Source of the DNA: Candidatus Hydrogenedentota bacterium
GTDB taxonomy: Bacteria > Hydrogenedentota > Hydrogenedentia > Hydrogenedentales > JAEUWI01
Reading direction: 5' to 3'
Assembly (NCBI GenBank): GCA_034669905.1
Contig: JAXMOL010000023.1
Span: forward strand, 32,001 to 96,000
DNA: 64,000 bases
The position numbers were made by a program, and so were the translations under genes. Shown one piece after another: positions 47,796-57,923 of the stretch (its first letter is position 1; every line of letters begins with the position of its first letter). A model generated the notes under the pieces. That model worked only from the letters and a program-made list of their open reading frames with translations. It was not told where the DNA came from and ran no database searches.

Positions 47796-49059
47796 GAGGC
47801 AGCTCGTAGCCCTTCCGATAGGTGCGCGACATCATGGCCTGGGCTTCGTCGTCGTTTTCGATAGCGCGTCCATCGTCGGATAGGGTCAGGGGCCGGGAGA
47901 CGCGGGTCCCGATATTTCCCAGGTGACACAGGGCGGTGGAGATAACCCCCTCGTGAATCGGCGCGTTCAACTTGTCGGGCGTACCAGCATGCACACATTC
48001 CACAAAGTTTCGCACGTTGGCCGGCAAATCATTGGGGCCACCGAGCTTTTTCTTCTCTTCGCCAATCAGTGTGACTTCCGCACCGGCGCGGCCCACCTCC
48101 AGCTTCCCCTTGTCCCCATAGTAGACCACGCCATTGTCGTGGCCCTCCATCTTATAGCGGGTCCAGAGGCGCATCTCATACATGAGGTGACAATCGTCAT
48201 ATTCATAGACGACCGTCTGGGTATCGGGGGTCTCATGATCATCGTTGTAGAAAAGTTGTCCCCCCGTGGCCACGACACGCTTGGGGTAGCCCACCCCCAT
48301 GCCCCAGCGCATCATGTCAATCTGGTGAATGCCGTCATTGCCAATATCGCCGCAGCCGTAATCCCAATGCCAGTGCCACTGATAGTGCCAGCGGTTCTTG
48401 GTGAAGGGCCGCTCCGGCGCGGGTCCCAGCCACCGATCGTAATCCACCCCGGGAGGGGGCGCACTTTCCTCGGCCCGGCCGATCTCCCCACGAAACTGGT
48501 GGTTAATGGCCTTCGCCATCCGCACCTTGCCCAGCCCGCCTTCCTGCATAAATTTCACCGCCGAGATGGGCCCATCGCCGCTTCGGTGTTGGGTGCCGTG
48601 CTGCACACAGAGACCTGTCGACGCCGCCGCTTCTTCCAGCGCATAGGCTTCGGCCATGTTGTGGGCACAGGGTTTCTCCACGTAGACATGTTTGCCGGCC
48701 TTCAGCGCATGGAGGGCAATGGGCGTGTGCCAATGGTCCGGCGTAACGACACTCACGCTGTCGATGGTGGGGTCATTGATGATTTCAAAAAAGTCCTGGG
48801 TGATTGTCGCGTCGATTTTTCCCTTTAAGGCCTCCGCCACCTTCCCCAGCCGTTCGGGGTCCACATCGCACACCGCCGCTATCGTACAGTTCTCCGTGGA
48901 AGCAAATGTCCGCACGTGGGTCTGACCCTGGCCCCCCAGACCGATCACGGCATGGCGTATGGGGCGCTCCAACGCCCCATGGGCGCTACGTCCGATGGAC
49001 CACGTGGCGGCGACGACTGCGCCTGACTTCAAAAGACTTCTACGCGAAAATTGCTTCAT
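47785..49059 (-). CDS. Tat-signal Gfo/Idh/MocA family oxidoreductase
   Basis: SRRSLL; IGLGGQG, TPDHWH, GKHVYVEKP, YDRWLGP. Confidence 0.93.
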   Translation of the reverse strand: MKQFSRRSLLKSGAVVAATWSIGRSAHGALERPIRHAVIGLGGQGQTHVRTFASTENCTIAAVCDVDPERLGKVAEALKGKIDATITQDFFEIINDPTIDSVSVVTPDHWHTPIALHALKAGKHVYVEKPCAHNMAEAYALEEAAASTGLCVQHGTQHRSGDGPISAVKFMQEGGLGKVRMAKAINHQFRGEIGRAEESAPPPGVDYDRWLGPAPERPFTKNRWHYQWHWHWDYGCGDIGNDGIHQIDMMRWGMGVGYPKRVVATGGQLFYNDDHETPDTQTVVYEYDDCHLMYEMRLWTRYKMEGHDNGVVYYGDKGKLEVGRAGAEVTLIGEEKKKLGGPNDLPANVRNFVECVHAGTPDKLNAPIHEGVISTALCHLGNIGTRVSRPLTLSDDGRAIENDDEAQAMMSRTYRKGYELPHVG

Positions 49060-49268
49060 AACCCGTCTCTCCAGCTGGTTTTTCAGTAGTGCTTGAGAAC
49101 ATAGTGCACCGATTTCAGTTCGAAATACAATTCCACCGTTTACCTTCTCCACCACAAAATCACCACGCACCCCACCCACCTTTGATACCGACCCCATCCT
49201 TTCAGGTACACTAGCGCCCAACGTCTCTGACACTCCCATATATCTTCGCTGGAAGTAGATCGCATCGC

Positions 49269-50774
49269 ATGGTTTTCGCACCTTCGTCTCCGCCACCGGC
49301 CCAGACTGCCCTGGTTAATGAATCTCTCCAATCCTGGCGTGAACGTTTGATTCACGCCGTCCTCCTCGGGGCCACTCTCCTCGGAACCCCCGTCGTCGTT
49401 GCAGGACTGGCCATGCCTGTTCGGCACGGTGACTACGGGCTGGCCAGTATCTACCTCATACTCTATGCCGCACTCGTGGCCTGCACCTTTCTGCCCCGGG
49501 TGAGCTTCAATCTCCGGGCTTTCACTATCGTCTTCCTGTTTTATCTCGTGGGAACCACCGAGTATTGGAACACCGGCCTGGTGGGCGATGGAAAGATTTA
49601 CTTCTTCGGCTCTATCGTACTATCCGGATTGCTCTTTGGGGTAAAAGGGAGCGTGGCGTCGACGACCCTATGTATTGCCACGGCACTGGTGGCCTGCGTA
49701 CGTTTTCTCTACCTGGAGCCGCCGGGGCAAGTATACCTCGGGCAAATTTCTTACCACGCCATCCATTGGGTGACGTCCCTCCTCAGCCTCACCTTCCTGA
49801 GCGCCACGGTCAACATTTCGGTGGGTTATCTATTGCGCCGTCTGGAATCCAGTCGGGAGGCCGCAAGTCAAATCGCCCGTCAGTTGGGCGAAGAAGTGGC
49901 CCAACGGCAGGAAGCCCAAACTGAATTGGCCCGATACCAGAGCAACCTCGAGTCGCTGGTGGAACGTCGCACGGAAGAATTACGCGATACCCAACGGGAG
50001 CTGCGCCACCAGGAAAGCCTCGCCTCACTGGGCAAATTGACGACCACCATCAGCCATGAGCTACGTACCCCCCTGGGCACCATCCACAGCTCCGCCTTCT
50101 TTCTCACCCGCAACCTGAAGGAGATAGACGACGCAACCCGGCGCGCCCTGGACCGGATAGACCGTAATGTTAAACGCTGTGATCACATCATTGAAGAATT
50201 GGTTCACTTCGGCAACGATGAAGCGCTCCAGAAAGAATCCCTCTTATTGGACGACTGGCTTGGCAAAGCCGTGGACGCAATGGATATCGTCGGCGAAGCC
50301 CAACTGGAATGGGACCTGCAAGCGGCATGTTCCTGCCTCGTGGATGAGACCCAATTGTTCTGGTGTCTGCGGAATGTCGTGACGAACGCCGCTGAGGTGC
50401 TCGCCGAGTTTGGACCGGCCACCGCAGAGGCAGCCCGTATCCGCATTCACTCGCAGGTCGAGGGCGAAAGCGTGGTGGTGCGGATAGAAGACAACGGTAT
50501 CGGCATTCCCCCAGAAGATTTGCCCCACGTATTTGAGCCTCTTTTCAGCACGAAGGGAGTGGGTGCTGGTCTCGGCCTGGCCATTGCCCGAAAAATAGCG
50601 CGCATCCACGGTGGGGATATGGAAGTGCTCTCGGGCAACCCCGGAGCGACGCAACTGGCCATCATCCTGCCCCGCGAAGCCGCCACTCTTCAGCCCTCAG
50701 AGCCCACGCCGCCCCGTGGAGAAACTGTTCCAGCAGAGCCGATGCCCCCCATCCCCAATGGACGCCCCGTCTAG
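49269..50774 (+). CDS. Membrane sensor histidine kinase (orphan)
   Basis: Multiple TM helices, ISHELRTPL H-box, N box, DNGIG, FEPLFSTK, GLGL. Confidence 0.93.
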   Translation: MVFAPSSPPPAQTALVNESLQSWRERLIHAVLLGATLLGTPVVVAGLAMPVRHGDYGLASIYLILYAALVACTFLPRVSFNLRAFTIVFLFYLVGTTEYWNTGLVGDGKIYFFGSIVLSGLLFGVKGSVASTTLCIATALVACVRFLYLEPPGQVYLGQISYHAIHWVTSLLSLTFLSATVNISVGYLLRRLESSREAASQIARQLGEEVAQRQEAQTELARYQSNLESLVERRTEELRDTQRELRHQESLASLGKLTTTISHELRTPLGTIHSSAFFLTRNLKEIDDATRRALDRIDRNVKRCDHIIEELVHFGNDEALQKESLLLDDWLGKAVDAMDIVGEAQLEWDLQAACSCLVDETQLFWCLRNVVTNAAEVLAEFGPATAEAARIRIHSQVEGESVVVRIEDNGIGIPPEDLPHVFEPLFSTKGVGAGLGLAIARKIARIHGGDMEVLSGNPGATQLAIILPREAATLQPSEPTPPRGETVPAEPMPPIPNGRPV

Positions 50775-51073
50775 GGCTCATCCCGATAGGTGGCCACCAG
50801 TTTCTGCAGGGCCGTCGCCGTGCTATCGAGGGTCTTCAGCAAGTCTTTGAGGTCCGCCGCATTCTCGTCTTCGAGCTCACGGAGTTGTCGGGCAAACTCA
50901 TAGGCGGCCCGCAGGGCAAAGGCCTGGCTGTCGATACGGTCGGCATCGGCTTCCATGGAGGCCACCAGCCGCTCCACGTCCTTCGCCAGTTCCAGGGTAT
51001 GCTTCTGGTCACGATAGACCGGCAAGCGCAGGGTCACGTTCGCAATCTTGGTCTGGATATACGGATCGCTCAC
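50771..51073 (-). CDS. zapA: Cell division protein ZapA family
   Basis: ZapA-like pattern (IANVTLRL..LA..VE..DSQAFALRAA + coiled coil); usual position after pheT. Confidence 0.75.
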   Translation of the reverse strand: MSDPYIQTKIANVTLRLPVYRDQKHTLELAKDVERLVASMEADADRIDSQAFALRAAYEFARQLRELEDENAADLKDLLKTLDSTATALQKLVATYRDEP

Positions 51074-51366
51074 CGTCGCACCTCCTCGGTGAGGGCCCGG
51101 GTATAGGCCAACACCTTGCGCAGCCCTTCGGCGAGGGCCACCTCGCGTTCGCGGTGGCCCTCGTTTTCCCGTTTCAAATCATCATAGTCCGAGGCGGCTT
51201 CCTGCAGCACGGCAATTTCCTTGCTGCGGCTCCACACCTGCTGTTGAAGGGCATCGCGGGCTTCCTGTTGAATCTTAATGGTCTCCTGCCGTTCTGCCAG
51301 GATATCTCCCAACTCCGCCGTAGCATCGGCGATCTGGCGCAGGTAGTTTTTGACCAGTGGGTTCAA
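51070..51366 (-). CDS. Small coiled-coil protein (ZapB-like position)
   Basis: Coiled-coil composition, 4-nt overlaps with pheT and zapA. Confidence 0.65.
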   Translation of the reverse strand: MNPLVKNYLRQIADATAELGDILAERQETIKIQQEARDALQQQVWSRSKEIAVLQEAASDYDDLKRENEGHREREVALAEGLRKVLAYTRALTEEVRR

Positions 51367-53759
51367 CGAAGCTCCGCCTTGTATTCATGTTTGAGCCGTT
51401 TCAAGACCTTGTCCACCGCCTTCTGCGTGTCCTTATCGGTCAGGGTGCGCTCATCCGACTGGAAGACCAGGTTGAGGGCCACGCTCTTCTTGCCGGCACC
51501 CACCTGCTCCCCTTCGAAGATATCGAAGATATCCACCGAACGCAACAACTTTCCACCCGATTGGGCGGCTTTTTCCAGGAGTTCACCGGCCGGCACGACG
51601 CTGTCCACCACCACCGCCAGGTCACGGGTAGAGGGCGGAAAGGTCGGCACCGTCTGGAATTGGGTCGCACCGGGACGTTTCGTAAGGAGCCAGTCCAGGT
51701 CCAATTCCGCGACATACAGCGGGCGGTCACACTCAAAAGCACGGGCCACCGTACTGGCCACGCGACCGAAGGTACCGACGAGCTGTTTTCCAACCCGCAC
51801 GGAAGCGCGTTGACCACCCTGGAACGTTTCCCAGTCGGACTCTTCCAGTTTGCCCGCGACGCCGAAGTGCTCCAGCACCGACTCCACGAGGCCTTTCATA
51901 TCATAGAAGTCCACCGCACGGGCGCTGCGCGACCAATGGGCGCCTTCCATTTCACCGGCTAGCACCAGGGCCACCCGATTCCCCTGGGTGGGGAGTTCGT
52001 CGCCTTCGCTCGGGAAGAAGACCGGCCCCAACTCGAATCCACGGACGCTGGTTACGCCGTAATTCAGGTTACGGGCACCGTTTCCAATCAGCGCCGGGAT
52101 AATGCTTGAGCGCATGGTCGCCTGCTTTTCGGAGAGGGGATTCTCCAGGACCACCATGGTGCGGTAGGACGCCGGCAAGGCCGCGCGCTCCACTTCGTCA
52201 TCATTGCTGAAGGACCAGTTGTAGAGTTCAGTCAAGCCGAGACTGACGAGATAGTGACGAAAAGCGCGAATTCGCTGCTCATTGGGCGCGAAGACCTTTT
52301 CGCACTTCCGGGCACGGGGCAAGGACACGGGGATGTTGTCAAAATTGTAGAGGCGGGCAATCTCTTCAATGAGATCGGCCTCCATGCTGACATCGTGACG
52401 TCGAAGCGGAACCCGCACCACCATCTCGGTATCATCCTGGCGAATCATCTCAAAGCCAAGGCTTTCGATGATATTGCATTGCTGCTCAGGAGCAATGTCC
52501 ACCCCCAGGAGACGCAGGGTACGTGCGTAGGGCAACGTCACTTCACGGGGCACGAAAGGCTCGGGATACTCGTCGATTACCCCCTCCGCGATCTTGGCAG
52601 AAGCCAACTCCTGGATCATCTGGGCAGCGCGGTCCAAGGCGTATTCCGCCATCTCTGGATCGGCGCCCCGCTGAAAGCGCTGGGATGACTCGGAAATGAG
52701 TCCAAGACCACGGGAAGTCTTCCGAACCGATGCGGGCTGAAAGAAGGCGCTCTCCAGGAAGATGGTGGTAGTGCCCTCTCCCACTTCACTATCGGCACCG
52801 CCCATGACGCCTGCCACGCATTGGGGCTCCTTGGCATCGGCAATGACCAACATGTCATCACTCAGTTTGCGGGTTTCCCCATCGAGCGTGTTGATGGGCT
52901 CATCTTTCGTAGCCGTCCGCACGACGATGCGTTTTCCGGCAAGCTTTTCAAAGTCAAAGGCATGCAGCGGCTGGCCCGTTTCAAGCAAGACAAAGTTGGT
53001 CACGTCCACAATGTTGTTGATGGGACGCTGACCGGCCGCGATAAGATAGTTACACAACCACTCCGGGCTGGGGCCGACCGTTACGTCGTGGAGTATGCGT
53101 CCCATATAGCGGGGGCACCGTTCCCTGTCTTCCACAGTGACAGACGTCAGGGTCTCAATAGCCGGGCCTTGTTCTACCAGGGCCACTTCCGGAATGCGCA
53201 ATTCTTTGCCATAACAGGCCGCCAATTCCCGCGCGACACCGATCATGCTGGCCCAATCGGCACGATTGGGCGTCACTTCGATTTCCAGCACCACGTCGTC
53301 GAGTCCCAGATGCACCCGGATGTCTTCGCCTACCGTTGCGTCTTCATCGAGAATCAACAGGCCATCGGTTTCGTCAGCCAGTCCGATTTCCTGGGCGGCA
53401 CACATCATGCCCTGGGATTCCACGCCGCGCATCTTGCGCCGGGCAATGGCGAAGCCCCCCGGGAGCGTCGCGCCCACGACGGCGGTCGGCACCTTATCCC
53501 CCACCTTCATATTCTTGGCACCACAGCAAATCTGCACGGGTGCATCCCCGCCCACATCCGTCTGACAGACCACGATCTTATCGGCGTCCGGGTGGGGCTC
53601 GATGGAAAGAATCTGTCCTACATAGACTTCCTGAACGTCATCACCCAACTGCTCGATGGATTCGATTTCGAGGCCCAACATGGTCATCTGGTGGGCCAAT
53701 TCTTCGACGCTGACGTCGATATCTACATATTCTTGTAACCAACTCAGGGAAATGCGCAT
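51363..53759 (-). CDS. pheT: Phenylalanine-tRNA ligase beta subunit
   Basis: MRISLSWL, HPDADK, TPNRAD, RFQRG, DLIEEIAR, anticodon-binding C-terminus. Confidence 0.98.
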   Translation of the reverse strand: MRISLSWLQEYVDIDVSVEELAHQMTMLGLEIESIEQLGDDVQEVYVGQILSIEPHPDADKIVVCQTDVGGDAPVQICCGAKNMKVGDKVPTAVVGATLPGGFAIARRKMRGVESQGMMCAAQEIGLADETDGLLILDEDATVGEDIRVHLGLDDVVLEIEVTPNRADWASMIGVARELAACYGKELRIPEVALVEQGPAIETLTSVTVEDRERCPRYMGRILHDVTVGPSPEWLCNYLIAAGQRPINNIVDVTNFVLLETGQPLHAFDFEKLAGKRIVVRTATKDEPINTLDGETRKLSDDMLVIADAKEPQCVAGVMGGADSEVGEGTTTIFLESAFFQPASVRKTSRGLGLISESSQRFQRGADPEMAEYALDRAAQMIQELASAKIAEGVIDEYPEPFVPREVTLPYARTLRLLGVDIAPEQQCNIIESLGFEMIRQDDTEMVVRVPLRRHDVSMEADLIEEIARLYNFDNIPVSLPRARKCEKVFAPNEQRIRAFRHYLVSLGLTELYNWSFSNDDEVERAALPASYRTMVVLENPLSEKQATMRSSIIPALIGNGARNLNYGVTSVRGFELGPVFFPSEGDELPTQGNRVALVLAGEMEGAHWSRSARAVDFYDMKGLVESVLEHFGVAGKLEESDWETFQGGQRASVRVGKQLVGTFGRVASTVARAFECDRPLYVAELDLDWLLTKRPGATQFQTVPTFPPSTRDLAVVVDSVVPAGELLEKAAQSGGKLLRSVDIFDIFEGEQVGAGKKSVALNLVFQSDERTLTDKDTQKAVDKVLKRLKHEYKAELR

Positions 53760-53761
53760 GA

Positions 53762-54778
53762 TTAGAACTGCTCCAGGAAGCGAAGGTCGTTGTCATAGAG
53801 GTGATTGATGCTCGGAACGGCATGACGCAGCATGGCGATACGATCGATACCCAGCCCAAAGGCGAAGCCGGAATACTTTTCATAATCGTAGCCCGCGTGG
53901 CGGAAAACTTCCGGATGGACCATGCCACAACCCAGGGCTTCCAGCCAGCCGCTGTTCTTACACAACCGACACCCATTGCCACCGCAAACGGTGCAACTGA
54001 TATCCATCTCGGCGGAAGGCTCCGTGAAGGGGAAAAAGTGGGGTCGAAAACGCACCTTGGTGTCCTTGCCGAAAAGCTGGTGCACAAAGTGCATCAAGGT
54101 ACCCTTCAGATCGGCAAAGGTCACATCTTCATCGACCAGCAACCCTTCAATCTGATTAAACATGGGGCTGTGGCTCGCGTCGTAGTCGACACGATACACC
54201 CGGCCTGGTGCGAGGACGGCCACCGGGGGTTTGACCTGTTCCATCACCCGCATTTGCACGGGGGAGGTGTGGGTACGCAGAACGACGCCGGGCTTCACGA
54301 AGAAGGTATCGTGGGAATCGCGGGCAGGGTGATCCGCCGGCGTATTCAGACTGTCGAAGTTGTAGTACTCCGTTTCGATATCGGGCCCGACCGCCACCTG
54401 AAAACCAAGCCCGGCAAAGATGTCGATAATCTCTTCGGTCACCTGGTTCACCATGTGGATGTGCCCCTGGCTGGGGCGGCGCCCCGGCAGGGAGAGGTCA
54501 ACCGCCTCACTCGCCTCGCGGGCCGCATCGGCCACCGATGACAACGCTGCCTTGCGACTGTCGAGCGCGTCGCCAATCGCGGATTTCACCACATTGCTGA
54601 GCTGGCCCATGGCGGGCCGCTCCTCGGGGGATACCTTACCGAGGCCACGAAGAATCTCCGTCACGGCCCCTTTTCTTCCCAGATACTTCACGCGGGCCGC
54701 TTCGACCGTATCGAGATCCGCCGCCGTTGCGATCGTATCGAGCGCTTCCGCTTGAAGCGCTTCGAGCTGTTCTTTCAT
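53762..54778 (-). CDS. pheS: Phenylalanine-tRNA ligase alpha subunit
   Basis: HPARDSHDTF, LRTHTSPVQ, FPFTEPS, GFAFGLG, NDLRFLEQF. Confidence 0.98.
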   Translation of the reverse strand: MKEQLEALQAEALDTIATAADLDTVEAARVKYLGRKGAVTEILRGLGKVSPEERPAMGQLSNVVKSAIGDALDSRKAALSSVADAAREASEAVDLSLPGRRPSQGHIHMVNQVTEEIIDIFAGLGFQVAVGPDIETEYYNFDSLNTPADHPARDSHDTFFVKPGVVLRTHTSPVQMRVMEQVKPPVAVLAPGRVYRVDYDASHSPMFNQIEGLLVDEDVTFADLKGTLMHFVHQLFGKDTKVRFRPHFFPFTEPSAEMDISCTVCGGNGCRLCKNSGWLEALGCGMVHPEVFRHAGYDYEKYSGFAFGLGIDRIAMLRHAVPSINHLYDNDLRFLEQF

Positions 54779-54850
54779 GAATTCCGTTTCCTTCTATTCC
54801 CGCTGACGCCCTCCCTGAATCCAGGGAGACGAAAGTCATTTTCGGGAGCC

Positions 54851-55522
54851 TCAGGGCTTAAATAGGGCACGCCCTATGCGCACCTGCGTGGCACCTTCCG
54901 CGATTGCGGCTTCAAAATCATTACTCATCCCCATGCTCACCACCCCCAGCCCTGCCCTATCGGCCAGTTCACGCAGTGTCCTGAAAACCCTGTGCAAGAC
55001 CTCATCGGCAGCCCCATAAGGTGCCATGGTCAATAATCCATCAATCTGCACCCGGCTCAATGCCCCCACATGGGCCAGCACCTCCTCCACCGAATCGGGT
55101 GCGACCCCATGTTTCTGGGCCTCCCCCGACACATTGACTTCCAGCAATGTGCGACACGTCGTATTGGCGACTTCGCAGCGCTGCTGAAGGGTATCGGCCA
55201 GAGAGACCCGGTCAAGGGCGTCTATAGTATCAAAAACCGCCAGGACTTCTTTAGCCTTTCGGCGCTGCACATTGCCAACCATGTGCCAGACGAGGGAATC
55301 ATCGGCCAGTGCCGCGACTTTCTCGCGGGCTACGTCGACCCGGTTCTCCCCAAAATGCCGGATACCCAGCTCGCGTAGCATGCGTATTTCTTCAACGCCC
55401 ACCGATTTCGTCACGGCAACGAGTGTAATATCCGACGCCGAACGCCCAGCATCTGCGGCCGCCTTTTCGATGCGTTCCTGGATGGTGGCAAGATTCCGGC
55501 CAATCACGTGCTCTTCTGTCAC
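54851..55522 (-). CDS. yggS: YggS family PLP homeostasis protein
   Basis: LVAVTK, FGENR, WHMVGNVQ, GLLTMAP, SMGMSND, VRIG. Confidence 0.95.
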   Translation of the reverse strand: MTEEHVIGRNLATIQERIEKAAADAGRSASDITLVAVTKSVGVEEIRMLRELGIRHFGENRVDVAREKVAALADDSLVWHMVGNVQRRKAKEVLAVFDTIDALDRVSLADTLQQRCEVANTTCRTLLEVNVSGEAQKHGVAPDSVEEVLAHVGALSRVQIDGLLTMAPYGAADEVLHRVFRTLRELADRAGLGVVSMGMSNDFEAAIAEGATQVRIGRALFKP

Positions 55523-55618
55523 GGTAGTACCTGTCCCATAGGCTGTGGCCTAAAAAGAGGTGAGCCAAACTGCCAGGCAGTCGGCTCACCGTACTCGATT
55601 GTTTCACCTACAGACGTG

Positions 55619-57064
55619 CTAGTGTCGAACCGCTCGCTCTGCCTCAAGGGCGGCAAGCCGTTCCTGCTGCACCGACTCGGGCATCCCCTGGCACGCCACG
55701 CTTTCTTCTTCACGAATCATCTGCTTGCGCTCGGATACGGAGAGCGGAAGATCGCCAACCAGCTTAAACTCAATTATCAGGTCGGAGAACTCCTCGAACA
55801 GGGAACCCGCGTCGAAGCGGGCCTTATCCAAGAGGCTGACGGCCTCCAGATAATATCCCTGATCCGCCCGGGCAATGGCTTCCAGACGGAGCTTACGGGC
55901 CTCCGAATAGGGCTCACTCATGCCGTTCCAGATCTCGAGGGCTTCGGCCGTATACTTCCGATAGTCCGCCATATGGGCTTCCTTTTCCGAAGGATCGGTC
56001 GCCGCACGGGCGGCATTCTTGGCCTCTTCGGCGCTGCGCTCGGCGATCAGACCTTTCAAACGCTGCACAAAGCGCATACTGACTTCGTGGTTTTCAAAGC
56101 GCGTCAGGTTTTCCTGCCAGCCTTCCAGGGCCTTATCGTACTGACCATTCTCTTCAAGACTGATGTACAGCATGCGGGGCACCCACCGTTCGTGGGGAAG
56201 GCGTACCGCGTAGGTCAGATACTTCACCGCGTTCTCGGGATCGTTCAATTTCTCCCGATACATGGAATAACCAAGATCAAAATAGATCTTGTAGTTACGC
56301 GGATTATTCCGGATACCGTCTTTCAGGAAGTCCACCGCGATATAGTAATAGGTTTCCTGATCACCCAGGCACGCCTGATGCTTCTCGCTCCACTGACGTA
56401 ACGGATAGGGCGTATAGTCCAGATTCGCCGTCACGTTGTAGCCCAGGTGCCAGGCACCCAGCAGATAGGCATCGACAAAGTTGGGATCCAACAACACACA
56501 GGTCTTCATCAACGGAATCATCCGGTGCAACAGACCCGCATGCCAATAGCGGTCCACCTGCAACCAGACAAAGTTGGCGGCCACTTTCCGGAAGCCAAAA
56601 AACAGGTTGAAGATACTGACCGAGCCCTTGCCCTCGAGGCCGCTCATGACCGCCGCATAGGACAAATTCTGCGTGTAGCGCAATTCGCCACCGCGCAATT
56701 TGGCAAGAAAGTCTTCCCGCATGGGCGCCAGCTCATCGCTTTTCACCATACGGTAGATCTCATCATCGTACTCGCCCGTTTCCAATGCGGCACTCAGGGC
56801 ACTGTGCCCTTCTTCAATGGCGCCATCCGCCAATTGTGGCGCAAGCACAGACTCGGTCGCGTCGGCCACCTGGCTGTAGAGTGCCAGGTCGACGGTAGCT
56901 TCGGTTTCATCCATATCGAGACGCTCATTGGCGCCTGCGGCAGCAATCCATTGCAAGAAGGCCTCGGCCTCAAACAGACGGTCAAGCCGTTGGCCCTGGA
57001 TGGACCCGATAGCCACGGCCACGAATACTATCGCGGCCAAGGTAAGATTCGGATACTTCTTCAT
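55619..57064 (-). CDS. Membrane-anchored TPR protein (PilG/XapA-like)
   Basis: N-terminal TM; AANFVWLQ, LDPNFVDAY, FLKDGIRNNP, helical repeats. Confidence 0.7.
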   Translation of the reverse strand: MKKYPNLTLAAIVFVAVAIGSIQGQRLDRLFEAEAFLQWIAAAGANERLDMDETEATVDLALYSQVADATESVLAPQLADGAIEEGHSALSAALETGEYDDEIYRMVKSDELAPMREDFLAKLRGGELRYTQNLSYAAVMSGLEGKGSVSIFNLFFGFRKVAANFVWLQVDRYWHAGLLHRMIPLMKTCVLLDPNFVDAYLLGAWHLGYNVTANLDYTPYPLRQWSEKHQACLGDQETYYYIAVDFLKDGIRNNPRNYKIYFDLGYSMYREKLNDPENAVKYLTYAVRLPHERWVPRMLYISLEENGQYDKALEGWQENLTRFENHEVSMRFVQRLKGLIAERSAEEAKNAARAATDPSEKEAHMADYRKYTAEALEIWNGMSEPYSEARKLRLEAIARADQGYYLEAVSLLDKARFDAGSLFEEFSDLIIEFKLVGDLPLSVSERKQMIREEESVACQGMPESVQQERLAALEAERAVRH

Positions 57065-57071
57065 AGGATGA

Positions 57072-57923
57072 CTATAGCTCCTTACGTCGGAAGACCCAGT
57101 AGGCAATCACATAGCCCGACACAGCGTAGGCTAAGCCGTAAATGATGAGATTGGGAATCTGCTCATAGACGTGGGCAGGAAGGGGCGCACCGGGATTCAG
57201 ATCAAGAATCTCTGTCTTGATGCTGAACTTCTGCAAGTTCGGCAGCGTCTTGTGCAACGCCTCCGCCACATGCCCGATAATCGCGTGCACCGCATCGGAC
57301 TCGTCGGAACGAAGGCTTACGTCCTTCAAATACTCCGTCAGGTTACCGATGAGGTAGATGAAGAGTCCACCAATCGTCGGAAGCACCGCAGAGGTCGCCG
57401 AACAGGAAATGGCGAAGGTGAACGCCGATACCACGAGAAACTCGAAGTAGGTCAACAAAGCCGACCACAAGAGGAGCTTTGGAAACTCATCTTGTCGTAC
57501 GTAGATCGCTATCAGGAATAACGCCGTCATCAGCGCCAGATTTGCCAGCACAATCATTTGCACCCCAAGGAATTTTCCCAGGAGGTATTGCATGCGACGT
57601 ACCGGCTTGGAGAGGACGGTGTATACCACCTTGTTTTCCACCTCATTGGGTACTACCGAGGCTGAAATGAAGATGGTAATCAGCATGCCGAAGATGGAAA
57701 TCGTCGCCACACAGATATCTTTGATCAACTTGCCGTCGATCTCCGTTTCCACCTGTCCCCCACCCGTCGTCTGATTCAGGAAAGACGACATGAAGAAGGA
57801 AGCAAAGATTACCAGTAAGCTCAGGATCAGGAAACCGACCAGGGTCTTCTTCCGTATCCCCTCACGCCAGGTAAAGACAGCGATGTGCCATGGACCTCGA
57901 AAATAGTCTACTACAGCCGACAT
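57072..57923 (-). CDS. ABC transporter permease (PilI-like)
   Basis: IAVFTWREGIRKK, EVENKVVYTVLSKPVRR.QYLLGKFLG, LPNL, FRRKEL. Confidence 0.88.
   Translation of the reverse strand: MSAVVDYFRGPWHIAVFTWREGIRKKTLVGFLILSLLVIFASFFMSSFLNQTTGGGQVETEIDGKLIKDICVATISIFGMLITIFISASVVPNEVENKVVYTVLSKPVRRMQYLLGKFLGVQMIVLANLALMTALFLIAIYVRQDEFPKLLLWSALLTYFEFLVVSAFTFAISCSATSAVLPTIGGLFIYLIGNLTEYLKDVSLRSDESDAVHAIIGHVAEALHKTLPNLQKFSIKTEILDLNPGAPLPAHVYEQIPNLIIYGLAYAVSGYVIAYWVFRRKEL

Noticed and set aside
54808..54830. Hairpin before pheS as attenuator or T-box
   Set aside because: Gap is only 72 bp; no U tract, Phe-rich leader or T-box sequence.
55519..55713. Possible frameshifted extension of the TPR gene up to yggS
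   Set aside because: The GTGA overlap arises trivially from the yggS start; no slippery site or homology evidence.
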